Origin: Allomuricauda sp.
Lineage (GTDB): Bacteria > Bacteroidota > Bacteroidia > Flavobacteriales > Flavobacteriaceae
DNA: 64,000 bases
Direction of reading: 5' to 3'
Assembly: GCA_030148305.1 (NCBI GenBank)
Contig: JASBTS010000097.1
Span: 25,631 to 89,630 of the forward strand
Shown here: piece by piece, positions 1 to 9,111 of the stretch
How positions within the stretch are numbered: position 1 is the first letter of the stretch
Layout of the letters: every line of letters begins with the position of its first letter
The notes under the pieces: model-generated
Databases searched by the model: none
What the model saw: only the letters and a program-made list of their open reading frames with translations
What the model was told of the DNA's origin: nothing
Translations under genes and position numbers: made by a program

Positions 1-1130
1 TGGATAATGGGTATCCCCCAGGAGTGTTGATGATCGATGATAACTGGCAGGAAGACTATGGGACTTGGAATTTTTCACCTCGACGATTCAAGGATCCCAA
101 AGCAATGATCGAGAAACTCCATGACATGGGATTTCTGGTCATGCTATGGGTGTGCCCTTTCATTAGTCCCGATTCTGAGGTTTTCCGATATCTGGCGAAA
201 GAGGGCATGCTGTTACAGGTGCCCCAGGAAACACAGGAGGTACAATGGAAAAATACCCAAGATAGGGCAGCCATAATACGCTGGTGGAACGGCGCCAGTG
301 CTTGTTTGGACTTGACTAACTCCAAAACCAATACATGGTTTAAGAATCAATTGGACCATTTGGTGGACGAATATGGAGTAGATGGATTTAAATTCGATGC
401 AGGCGATGCCCAGTTTTATGAAAATGGAATCGTTTCTTTTGAAAACGTTTTGCCAAACGACCATACGGCACTATATGCCAAATTTGGCCTGGACTATCCC
501 CTGAATGAATATCGGGCATCGTGGAAAATGGCGGGTTTGCCTTTGGCACAACGATTACGGGACAAAGGACATAATTGGGAAGATCTACAAAAGTTGATTC
601 CTGACCAGATGTCCCAAAGTTTGATGGGATACGCATACACATGTCCGGATATGATAGGGGGAGGGGAGTATGGTTCCTTCATAGACCTTGCTTCCATGGA
701 TGAGGAATTGGTCGTACGATCGGCTCAGGTCCATGCCTTGATGCCCATGATGCAATTTTCGGTGGCACCATGGCGTGTGTTGTCCAAAGAAAATGCAGGG
801 TATTGTTTGGAAGCCGCAAAACTCCATGAAAAGATGGGTCCCTACATTCTTGAACTGGCCATTCAGGCCTCAAAAACAGGGGAACCTATTGTAAAGCCTA
901 TGGCCTTGGCCTTCCCAAATGATGGGTATGAGACCATTAAGGACCAGTTTGTTCTAGGCGATGGAATCATCGTAGCTCCAGTGGTGATAAAAGGTGCATT
1001 AAGCCGAAAAGTGGTTCTTCCTAAAGGAAAATGGAAAGACGATAGAGGTAAAATTTATAAAGGGAACAAGACCATAGAAATTCAGGTGCCACTAAGTAGA
1101 CTCCCTTTTTTTACCAAGGTTGGCACATGA
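1..1130 (+). CDS. GH31 glycoside hydrolase, probably alpha-galactosidase type; 5'-truncated by the window edge
   Basis: The frame is open from position 3 (DNGYPPGVLMIDDNWQ), so the true start lies upstream. Shows IDDxW, nucleophile motif GFKFDAGD, acid/base motif PDMIGGG and C-terminal DQFVLGD..VAPV..LPKGKW. The KFDAG/PDMIGG pair resembles MYORG-like and bacterial alpha-galactosidase GH31s. Confidence 0.85.
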   Translation, partial: DNGYPPGVLMIDDNWQEDYGTWNFSPRRFKDPKAMIEKLHDMGFLVMLWVCPFISPDSEVFRYLAKEGMLLQVPQETQEVQWKNTQDRAAIIRWWNGASACLDLTNSKTNTWFKNQLDHLVDEYGVDGFKFDAGDAQFYENGIVSFENVLPNDHTALYAKFGLDYPLNEYRASWKMAGLPLAQRLRDKGHNWEDLQKLIPDQMSQSLMGYAYTCPDMIGGGEYGSFIDLASMDEELVVRSAQVHALMPMMQFSVAPWRVLSKENAGYCLEAAKLHEKMGPYILELAIQASKTGEPIVKPMALAFPNDGYETIKDQFVLGDGIIVAPVVIKGALSRKVVLPKGKWKDDRGKIYKGNKTIEIQVPLSRLPFFTKVGT

Positions 1131-1308
1131 AATTAGGATTGATACAGAATATTGAAGTAAAATATTGATAAGGTTTAAATAAAACCACAGTGTTGAATTT
1201 ATAGGTAGTCCTATGGTCCAATACTTGTTATTCTGTTACCGTTTTAGAGAATTTAGGAACAGGAACCTTGAAAGTACAGATTGTTTGAGTTGTTAGTTAG
1301 TTTTTAGC

Positions 1309-1350
1309 AAGGGCTATTGGGGTGATATTATTGCATCGCAGTAGCCCTTT
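1309..1350. terminator. Intrinsic terminator hairpin between convergent genes
   Basis: AAGGGCTATTG...CAGTAGCCCTTT inverted repeat between the GH31 stop (1130) and the convergent stop at 1401. Confidence 0.65.
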
Positions 1351-1400
1351 ACCAAAGTTTAGGTGAAATTGCTCCTACCTGAATGACAATCCCTTAAATA

Positions 1401-2678
1401 TTAAAAAGACCTTTTAAAATCTATGGTCTGTCCTTCTAATAATCGTTCGCAGGTAATTATCAAATCTTCATTGCCATCATAATTGATGGTGAGCACCTTT
1501 TCTTCATTTGGCAATACTGTTCTAAGGGAAGTGGTGGATTTATTGCCATTGATGGAAAGATAGGCATCATAATAAATAGGAGCCGTTCCAACATTTCGTA
1601 CGGTTAGCAAAGATTTGTTGTCGGATTTTACAAATTTCGTGACCTCAAACTTATAACCGGTGTTGATGCTGGCTTCTTTTATCCTATCCAAAGACTGATA
1701 TTTGTATTGGTCATTTCCGATCATGTATGTAGTATGGAATCGTTTTATGAACGATTCATAGGATTCGCCATGTGGACCATTTGGGGATAGAACATTTTGC
1801 TGGTCATAATCCGTATAATAATTGAATTCTCCCCCAACCGGATTGCTGACATAGCGGGTTTCCAATCCTAAAAATTTAAAACGCTGTTCGTTGACCGTTG
1901 CATGTTCCTTGGACATGAAGGAATCATCGAACAAACCAAAGGATAAATTCAATAAGGAAGGATCATCACGAAATGGAGTAACATTGCCATCTTCAACATC
2001 AATGGAGATAGACCAATGAAGATCAGTGAACAAAGTGTTCATTCTATTCAAAAATAGGGTTTGGTACTCCTTTGAAGGGAACGTCTTTCCCAAGACAAAT
2101 GGACCATCATAAATATGGTATTCTCCCCACAACCCAAAACCTACCTGCAAGAAGGCCAATCGGTTATCATGATCATATCGTTCGGCAAATTTTTCATAGA
2201 ATTCCAAGGTAAAGTCCTGTAATTCTTGATGTGACCAATCTGGAAACCATGTTTCCCTATCTTCACTGATCCCTTGTGTTTCATGATAATCCGGTAAATC
2301 TTTAATATATTTCGGCACCGATGTTTGTTGCCCCACATAGGTATATCTGAAACGAAGGATGGCTTGATGGTTCCGTGAGGCGATATCGTTCAATTTATCT
2401 TCAACAACCGTCCAGTCATAGACTCCTTTTTCTGAAACCACATCTTCAAAAAGCATATAGGAATACTCCAGGGTGTGCGCTCCGGAGCTGGCATTCGGAT
2501 TTCCATCCCACACCACGATTCCGGTCATAGGTTGTACTTTGGTAAAACTGCTCACACCGCCACCATTTAATACCTGTTCCTGACCTTCCGGGTTTTCATC
2601 GGGATTGCTATTGTTTCCACCACCACAAGCAATGAGAAAACAGTTTAAACCAAGAAAGAACAAAAGATTTTTCATCAT
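1401..2678 (-). CDS. DUF4832-type lipoprotein, putative TIM-barrel glycoside hydrolase
   Basis: Lipobox LIAC. Motifs QVGFGLWGEYH, GLFDDSF and GGEF. GYKFEV..VRNVGTAPIYY marks an Ig-like C-terminus. Distant paralog of 4814..6190. Confidence 0.65.
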   Translation of the reverse strand: MMKNLLFFLGLNCFLIACGGGNNSNPDENPEGQEQVLNGGGVSSFTKVQPMTGIVVWDGNPNASSGAHTLEYSYMLFEDVVSEKGVYDWTVVEDKLNDIASRNHQAILRFRYTYVGQQTSVPKYIKDLPDYHETQGISEDRETWFPDWSHQELQDFTLEFYEKFAERYDHDNRLAFLQVGFGLWGEYHIYDGPFVLGKTFPSKEYQTLFLNRMNTLFTDLHWSISIDVEDGNVTPFRDDPSLLNLSFGLFDDSFMSKEHATVNEQRFKFLGLETRYVSNPVGGEFNYYTDYDQQNVLSPNGPHGESYESFIKRFHTTYMIGNDQYKYQSLDRIKEASINTGYKFEVTKFVKSDNKSLLTVRNVGTAPIYYDAYLSINGNKSTTSLRTVLPNEEKVLTINYDGNEDLIITCERLLEGQTIDFKRSF

Positions 2679-2700
2679 GATCGAAGCTTCTAACCAATGT

Positions 2701-3792
2701 TTATATTCTGATAAATAGTTTCTTTTTATACATCCAATAGCAAATGAACCATAGGAAGAAGAGCACTACGATACTCAATAGTATCTGGGCGTTCAGTGCC
2801 CCCGTCCACCCGAACAGGGCGTTTGAAAATGGTAAGAATATTTTTCTGATCAGCTCGGCCCCACCAACATGCGCCAACAAATAGATAAACAATGGGTTCA
2901 TGCCAACAACGGCAAAGAACAATACTCCTTTCTGATATTTTTTGACGTCTATGAGCCAATAGCACAATGCAAGGGCCAATAGTGACCACCCGCCACCTAC
3001 AAGAACAAATGTACTTGTGGAAATACGTTTTATGATGGGCGTTACATAACTGAAGCCATATCCTATGATCAAGGCCGTGACACCCCCAATGACCAAAAGC
3101 TGGATTTTTTCCTTGGTTGTCCTCTCACTGATTAACAGTTGGCCTGCCAGTACGCCCCAAATGGTATGTGCCGCGGTGGGAATGGCATTGAACATGGCCC
3201 AATGACCACTGTCCTCTTCTCCTGAAATCAAAATATTGAGCCATGCACCAAAATTTTCTCCAGGAACAAAGGCATGGTTGAAACCTTCAACGGAAAAAAA
3301 TCTATAAACGGCCTCACTGATTAAAATAAGGATGATGGAAAACGCGATTTGGACGATAGGTTTTTTGCGGATGACCAAAAATGCAAGGAGGTAGGTGACC
3401 GAGAGCTGCGCCAGCACATTCTGGAACCTGAAAACAATTTTTCCGGGGTCGATACAGTACAACGCCCACCCTAAGACCAGCATTAAAAAGGCTCTTTTAA
3501 AAGCATGTTTCTGCAATTCTTTGTATGTATCTCCCTTTGCCATTCTTTTTGAAAAGGAGAGGGGCATGGAAACACCCACAATGAACATGAAAAATGGCTG
3601 GATCAGATCCCAAAAATGAAGCCCTTCCCATTCTACATGATGAAACTGTTCTCCAATGGTATGTATAAGGGTGCCGTGGAGTTCGGGAGCGACCAGGAAT
3701 TCAAATAGACTTGAAAATTCTGCAATAAGCAAAAACATGGTCAGACCTCTATAAAAATCCAAGGACAGTAATCGGTCATTGTTGGGTTCCAT
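2701..3792 (-). CDS. HGSNAT/NagX-like (DUF5009-type) membrane acetyltransferase
   Basis: RLLSLDFYRGLTM, H..WEGLHFWDLIQPFFMFIVGVSMPLS, NVLAQL, PIIKRISTSTFVL and GMNPLFIY; about 10 hydrophobic helices. Confidence 0.85.
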   Translation of the reverse strand: MEPNNDRLLSLDFYRGLTMFLLIAEFSSLFEFLVAPELHGTLIHTIGEQFHHVEWEGLHFWDLIQPFFMFIVGVSMPLSFSKRMAKGDTYKELQKHAFKRAFLMLVLGWALYCIDPGKIVFRFQNVLAQLSVTYLLAFLVIRKKPIVQIAFSIILILISEAVYRFFSVEGFNHAFVPGENFGAWLNILISGEEDSGHWAMFNAIPTAAHTIWGVLAGQLLISERTTKEKIQLLVIGGVTALIIGYGFSYVTPIIKRISTSTFVLVGGGWSLLALALCYWLIDVKKYQKGVLFFAVVGMNPLFIYLLAHVGGAELIRKIFLPFSNALFGWTGALNAQILLSIVVLFFLWFICYWMYKKKLFIRI

Positions 3793-3809
3793 ATCTATTT
3801 TTTTAAGTA

Positions 3810-3848
3810 AAAACCCTAATAAATGTTCATATGATCTATTAGGGTTTT
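3810..3848 (-). terminator. Intra-operon hairpin/attenuator
   Basis: Perfect 12-bp inverted repeat AAAACCCTAATA / TATTAGGGTTTT, ending 17 nt before the acetyltransferase start codon. Confidence 0.55.
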
Positions 3849-3938
3849 ATTGTTAAGTATGTGTTTGATGAATTTTATGTAATAGGACCAATACCATTCA
3901 ATAAGACTTCTGTTAAGCAAGAAATGCAACAGCTCAAC

Positions 3939-4784
3939 TTATTTCTGAATTTCTATATTGATGGCCGGACCAGCGGTATCTGCGGGATAGTACTCAACAC
4001 CCCAATTCAACCACATTCCAAAATCAATGCTGTCCCCTACAGTCCCGAAAAAGCTCTTTGGAAACCTCAATTCTATGGCATTGGTGCTACCATCAACGGC
4101 AATTACCCCAGAGGATTCAAAACCATGACCATCAAGTCCTATCCAGTCCCATGCCCAGCCACCGCTGCCACCAGGATAACTGTAAAAACTTCCCCATGAA
4201 CCTAAAACGGGTGGTCCTTCAAACAGATACTCCGCACCAATGTTCCAAGTTTCGTTATATCCTGTTCCGTTGTCTTCATCCACATTGAAAAGCATGTCCG
4301 TAATCTCCAAAGTCATGTCCGATCCACCTTCAAAGTAGATGTCTATGTTGGGTCCTTTGGTGTAGTACTTCATTTTTTTGACGGTACCTGCAAATTCATA
4401 GGAAACGGGCACCTCTTCCCAGTCCTCAAAATCCCCATCAATATCGATGTTGGCATTGATGATTACCGGGGCACTGATCATTTTTGATACATGGGCCTCC
4501 TCACCAGATTCATTCATTGCGGTTAACGTGACGGTTAGCTCACCACCAACAATGGAATAGGTGTAGGTAGGATTTTCTTCGTAGGAATAAAAATAAAGGT
4601 CACCAAAATCCCATCGGTACGAAGTTGCCCCCTGGGATAGGTTGGTAAAGGTAAAGGTACTTCCATCGCTTGTAAACGAGAAGTCGGCCACAATGCTGCT
4701 TTCTGAACTTGTGGAATCGTCCGAATCACAACCTGCAAGTAGTGAAACGACCAAAAGACAATATAAAAGCTTGATTTTTTTCAT
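3939..4784 (-). CDS. PKD-domain surface lipoprotein (SusE-like glycan-binding protein candidate)
   Basis: Lipobox LAGC; PKD signature FTNLSQGATSYRWDFGD; Trp-rich C-terminal domain starting IDGDFEDW; lies within a SusCD operon. Confidence 0.7.
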   Translation of the reverse strand: MKKIKLLYCLLVVSLLAGCDSDDSTSSESSIVADFSFTSDGSTFTFTNLSQGATSYRWDFGDLYFYSYEENPTYTYSIVGGELTVTLTAMNESGEEAHVSKMISAPVIINANIDIDGDFEDWEEVPVSYEFAGTVKKMKYYTKGPNIDIYFEGGSDMTLEITDMLFNVDEDNGTGYNETWNIGAEYLFEGPPVLGSWGSFYSYPGGSGGWAWDWIGLDGHGFESSGVIAVDGSTNAIELRFPKSFFGTVGDSIDFGMWLNWGVEYYPADTAGPAINIEIQK

Positions 4785-4813
4785 GACTTATGTGTTTAGG
4801 ATTATGGTTCTTT

Positions 4814-6190
4814 TTAGTTGATTATTAGTGTGTGTAATAATTCGTTCATGCCGGTACTGGCCTCCCAAGTACCTGAATTTGCCAATTGAATGGAATATTC
4901 GGGTCTATCCTTCAAGGATGGGGAAGCGTCCTCAATTTTTAAATACAAAGTATAGCTCCCGGCAGGTATACCGGATAGGTTCACGGTTTCGGTTAAATCG
5001 TATTCTGCACCAGGCACTACCTTTCTGACATCAAAGTCCAACGATTTGCTATGGATGGTCCCATCATCAGTGGATTTCAATATCAAAGAGGCATTCTTTT
5101 TATTGTAAACGGGGGCAAAACCTGTATTTTCCATGACCAGGTCCAAATCAAAATTGCCATTGGCTTTAACCTCCTTTTTTAGACTAGCAGTCTTCAACAA
5201 AAGGCGATACCCCAATTCTCTTTGAAAATCCTCAAAACAATCATTGTTTCTCCATTCCTGCAGTACGGGGCCATAATAATCAAGGTTCAAATAGGTCCAT
5301 TTCAACAGTGCCATTTCCGTATCGGCAGTAGTGCAACTTGCAGTCGGCACCCCAGATGGGGGACAGGTTTCTCCGCCAGTGGGAACAAAAAGGGCCTCCT
5401 TGCTTATGTAGTCTTTTTCTATGGGGATGTTCTGGTAGGTTCCATAGTCATCAGGACTGGCCAAAAAACAATCGTTGTGGAACCCCACACGGGCAATATC
5501 GCTATCTCCGTACCCCACAGTTGCATCCATAGCAGTGGAATAATTAAAGATCTCCTGTTTGTACAATGGGGTCCTGACCTGTACCTTGATTTCTTTTGGC
5601 AATACTTCCAATAGTTTGTTGAGTATGGCTGTCTTATTTTCAAGCGTGGTCAAATTGTTGGTCGTGTAGTACCATTCCCCCCAAGACCCTATAAAACCTG
5701 CCTGAACAAAAGCGATTACATCATAATTGTCTGTCAAAATGGGTTTCAACTGGTCCAAATGCGAAATGACCCTGGATAATGGCGCATCCGTTTCATTTTG
5801 ATCGCTATTGTAGGCAAAGCGCAGAATACATTTAATACCAGCGGTCCTCATTCGTTCAAAATCGGTGGTTATTAAATCCAACTCGGCTTGACTTAGGTCA
5901 GCATTCTTAAATGCATCCAAATAATATATCCGATTGATGATGGTGACCTTTTCGTTTTTTAAACTGTTGAGCATGGCCGTACTGACCGGCATTCCTTCGG
6001 ATTCAACTGCCCAATGGTGCATAAATCCTCTTTCCGGATTGGATATGACCTCATAGGAAGCAGCATAGGTTATATTGCTTATACTGTTATCTACGGGTTC
6101 TGGCTCCGGATCAACGGGAACTTCACCGTTGCTTTCACCGCCACAACCAATTGTGCACAAAACCAGCAGATATATCAATTTATATTTCAT
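4814..6190 (-). CDS. DUF4874+DUF4832 lipoprotein, putative glycoside hydrolase
   Basis: Lipobox TIGC; NPERGF, LRFAY, QAGFIGSWGEWY, GFHNDCFLAS..DYGTY, GGET, LGYRL and NTGFAP motifs. Confidence 0.75.
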   Translation of the reverse strand: MKYKLIYLLVLCTIGCGGESNGEVPVDPEPEPVDNSISNITYAASYEVISNPERGFMHHWAVESEGMPVSTAMLNSLKNEKVTIINRIYYLDAFKNADLSQAELDLITTDFERMRTAGIKCILRFAYNSDQNETDAPLSRVISHLDQLKPILTDNYDVIAFVQAGFIGSWGEWYYTTNNLTTLENKTAILNKLLEVLPKEIKVQVRTPLYKQEIFNYSTAMDATVGYGDSDIARVGFHNDCFLASPDDYGTYQNIPIEKDYISKEALFVPTGGETCPPSGVPTASCTTADTEMALLKWTYLNLDYYGPVLQEWRNNDCFEDFQRELGYRLLLKTASLKKEVKANGNFDLDLVMENTGFAPVYNKKNASLILKSTDDGTIHSKSLDFDVRKVVPGAEYDLTETVNLSGIPAGSYTLYLKIEDASPSLKDRPEYSIQLANSGTWEASTGMNELLHTLIIN

Positions 6191-6214
6191 AGTGTATACT
6201 TGGTTAATAGTGGA

Positions 6215-7567
6215 TTAATAAGTGTCTTTGATCCAATCATAAGGCTTTCTTTTGATCCAGTTGCCCCTGGTGAAATCAGGAAAGTCCTGTGGTTCCCCAT
6301 TATTTTCAATGGAAACCTCGGACAGCGGCGTAATTGCACTCCACGCGGCTGCATCATAGGCATCCATTGGTGGTGCCACTCCCAATTTGGCAGATTCCAC
6401 AAAAGCGTTGATCACAAAGAAATCCATACCACCGTGTCCGGCGCCCGTGGCAAGTTCCCCATATTTTTTCCATAGGGGGTGGTCATATTTTTCCAGCCAT
6501 TTGTCGGCACTGTCCCAATGGTGTGCCTCCGTTACCCCGGCTATGTGGATCCTGTTCCCATCAACTTCCCAGAGACCATTTGCCCCCTGCACCCTGAAAC
6601 CTAGGGAATACGGTCTTGGCAAATTGGTGTCGTGGGTAACGATAATGGTTTCTCCGTTTGCCGTTTCTATTGTGGTGGTCACAATATCTCCCAGCTTGAA
6701 CTTCACGCTGGCATTGGGGTGGTTTTCTCCTCCATTTTTGACAATATAATTGTGCAGACCTACACTTTTTGTGGCATGGGACGTTAAGGACAAAAACCGA
6801 TTTCCCCTGTTGATGTCGCACATTGCGGCAATAGGACCCACACCATGTGTTGGGTATAGATCGGCATTTCGGGTTACGGAATGTTGTGTTCTCCATCTTG
6901 CCTCTGAAATTGCCTTTTCGCCAAATTCCACACCACCGCCATAGGGCTGTTCCCCATTATTGAACTTGACCTCGCGTAGATCATGTTGGTACCCACATCT
7001 GAAATGGATCAATTCTCCAAACACGTTCTGTCTCACCATGTTCAATACGGCGAGGATGTCCCTTCGGTAATTTACATTTTCCAAGATCATTAATTGGGCT
7101 CCGGTTTCTTCGTGCGTATTCACGAGATCCCAGCATTCTTCAAGGGTATTGGCGGCAGATACTTCCAAACCTGTGTATTTCCCTGCCCGCATTGCATCCT
7201 TGGCCATACGGGTGTGCCATAACCAAGGGGTGGCAATTATTACGGCCTCTATGTTGTCCAAGGCCAGAAGATTTTTATAGTCATGTTCATCCTTGCCAAA
7301 AACCAAAGGTTTTCGACCACCCTTTTCCGTTACTTTTTCAACTGCAAGTTTTGTTCTGCTCGGATCTATATCGCAAACGGCAACTATGTTCACATCATCC
7401 CTTAATAAAAGGTTTTCCAAATGATTTGTTCCTCTAAGGCCCACACCGATCATGCCAATGTTCAGTTTGGCCATATTCGGGGAAGCCCCAAAAACAAAAC
7501 TTGGAACTACCGATACTCCTGCTCCCAATACTGCGGTTTTTTTTATAAAATCTCTTCTAGAATCCAT
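6215..7567 (-). CDS. GH109 NAD+-dependent alpha-N-acetylgalactosaminidase (Gfo/Idh/MocA fold), Tat-exported
   Basis: Tat motif SRRDFIK; GVGLRG Rossmann motif; ATPWLWH, LENVNY, YPTHG, PRPYS and GHGGMD are GH109 hallmarks. Confidence 0.9.
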   Translation of the reverse strand: MDSRRDFIKKTAVLGAGVSVVPSFVFGASPNMAKLNIGMIGVGLRGTNHLENLLLRDDVNIVAVCDIDPSRTKLAVEKVTEKGGRKPLVFGKDEHDYKNLLALDNIEAVIIATPWLWHTRMAKDAMRAGKYTGLEVSAANTLEECWDLVNTHEETGAQLMILENVNYRRDILAVLNMVRQNVFGELIHFRCGYQHDLREVKFNNGEQPYGGGVEFGEKAISEARWRTQHSVTRNADLYPTHGVGPIAAMCDINRGNRFLSLTSHATKSVGLHNYIVKNGGENHPNASVKFKLGDIVTTTIETANGETIIVTHDTNLPRPYSLGFRVQGANGLWEVDGNRIHIAGVTEAHHWDSADKWLEKYDHPLWKKYGELATGAGHGGMDFFVINAFVESAKLGVAPPMDAYDAAAWSAITPLSEVSIENNGEPQDFPDFTRGNWIKRKPYDWIKDTY

Positions 7568-7626
7568 GTACTATAGTTGCTTTGTATTTATTGTCAATTA
7601 TGGTTTTATGCCTGAACCAAATTATA

Positions 7627-9105
7627 TTAGTTGTAACCGGGGTTTTGCAAGAAAGCTCCCTTGCCCTCACTAATTCTTTGGAGCGAAAAGGGGTATAGCT
7701 CTTTGTATGGAGCCGCTTGACTTGCCGCACCGTTCAACTCTATGGAATGTTCCACGAACTTTCCGTGCCTGATGAGGTCCGATCTATATTGCCCGTTCTC
7801 ACACCAGTATTCATGGGATCTCTCCACAAGTATCATTTCATTGAATGCATCTATAGTGGCAAAATCCGCCAATAGTATGGGATCTAGGCCCGCACGTTCC
7901 CTAATCACATTTACAAGGTCTATGGCCTCCTGATTGGGAGCACTATTCTTGTTGGCAATAGCTTCAGCCTTGGATAGGATCACATCTGCATATCTGTACA
8001 AAATGATATCCACGGTGGTAAGGGCAGTGTTCCTATCTGCATCTTCCGATATTTTTAACGGTAGAGGCCCCATTTGCATCACATTTCCTGGATTACTTCG
8101 GTTGTAGGTAACCCCATCGGTCCCGGTATATTCTGCTATTAAATTGGTTTTTCTAACATCATTGGATTCAAAGGAATCATAGAACATCCAAGAACTTTGT
8201 ATGGTGGCCCATCCACCTCTAACAGGATAATTGGAAGGCAATACCATCATTTGCCACTGATTTTCACTGGTTCCGGCATAATCCGCTGGTACAGCGAACA
8301 TCACTTCTTTATTATCAGCCTGTGATTCCGTGCTGAACATATCCACATAATCGTCGGTCAACTCATAATAGTTCATGGCCATAATGGCATTGGCCTGTGC
8401 TTCCACATCTGCCCACCTTTTTTCATGCAGGTACAACCTGATCAAAAGCATCCTTGCAAATCCTTGACTGAACCTTCCGTAAGCTGCCTCTGAGGGAGAA
8501 GGGAGGTCTATGGCTGCTTCCAAGAGGTCTTTTTCGATAAAACTTACCATTTCATCATGGCTTAACCTTGCCAAAGGTGTTTCGATCAACGGGTTTTGCA
8601 AAACATCCAATGGTGCTACCACAATAGGGCCAAACATATCAAAGAGTTCATAGCTCAAAAAGGCCCTTGCACATTTGAGTTCGGCAATCCCCCTTTTTTT
8701 GATGTTTTCATTAACGGTGGAATTTTCCAATCGATCGATGCTCAAGGTGTTGGAACTGATCCTGTTATAGAAATCGTCATAAAATCTGGTAACACCTTCA
8801 CTGGTAGGGATGTAGCTACTTAATGTTGCCAATTGTTGCACCCCAAAGTTTCCTTGAAGGATTTCTGTTGTAGCATCGTTTACGAACATGATTCCACGTT
8901 CCGATGTGGTGTGGATTCCATTCCACCAAGAGCCTCTCAATGGATAGTAGGCCGCTACCACAAGAGCTTCCACATCTGCCTCGGAAGCCGGAAAAATAGC
9001 TGGGTTGATCTCATCATAATTTATGGATTCCAGTTCTGGGTCACACCCAAACATTGTGCTTATCAGTAACCCTAGCAATATTAGTTTTACATTTTTCATA
9101 ATCAT
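7627..9105 (-). CDS. susD: SusD/RagB family lipoprotein
   Basis: Lipobox MFGC; RYADVILSKAEA, VNVIRERAGL, ERSHEYWCE..RSDLIR, terminal QNPGY; directly downstream of susC. Confidence 0.92.
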   Translation of the reverse strand: MIMKNVKLILLGLLISTMFGCDPELESINYDEINPAIFPASEADVEALVVAAYYPLRGSWWNGIHTTSERGIMFVNDATTEILQGNFGVQQLATLSSYIPTSEGVTRFYDDFYNRISSNTLSIDRLENSTVNENIKKRGIAELKCARAFLSYELFDMFGPIVVAPLDVLQNPLIETPLARLSHDEMVSFIEKDLLEAAIDLPSPSEAAYGRFSQGFARMLLIRLYLHEKRWADVEAQANAIMAMNYYELTDDYVDMFSTESQADNKEVMFAVPADYAGTSENQWQMMVLPSNYPVRGGWATIQSSWMFYDSFESNDVRKTNLIAEYTGTDGVTYNRSNPGNVMQMGPLPLKISEDADRNTALTTVDIILYRYADVILSKAEAIANKNSAPNQEAIDLVNVIRERAGLDPILLADFATIDAFNEMILVERSHEYWCENGQYRSDLIRHGKFVEHSIELNGAASQAAPYKELYPFSLQRISEGKGAFLQNPGYN

Positions 9106-9111
9106 TATTTT

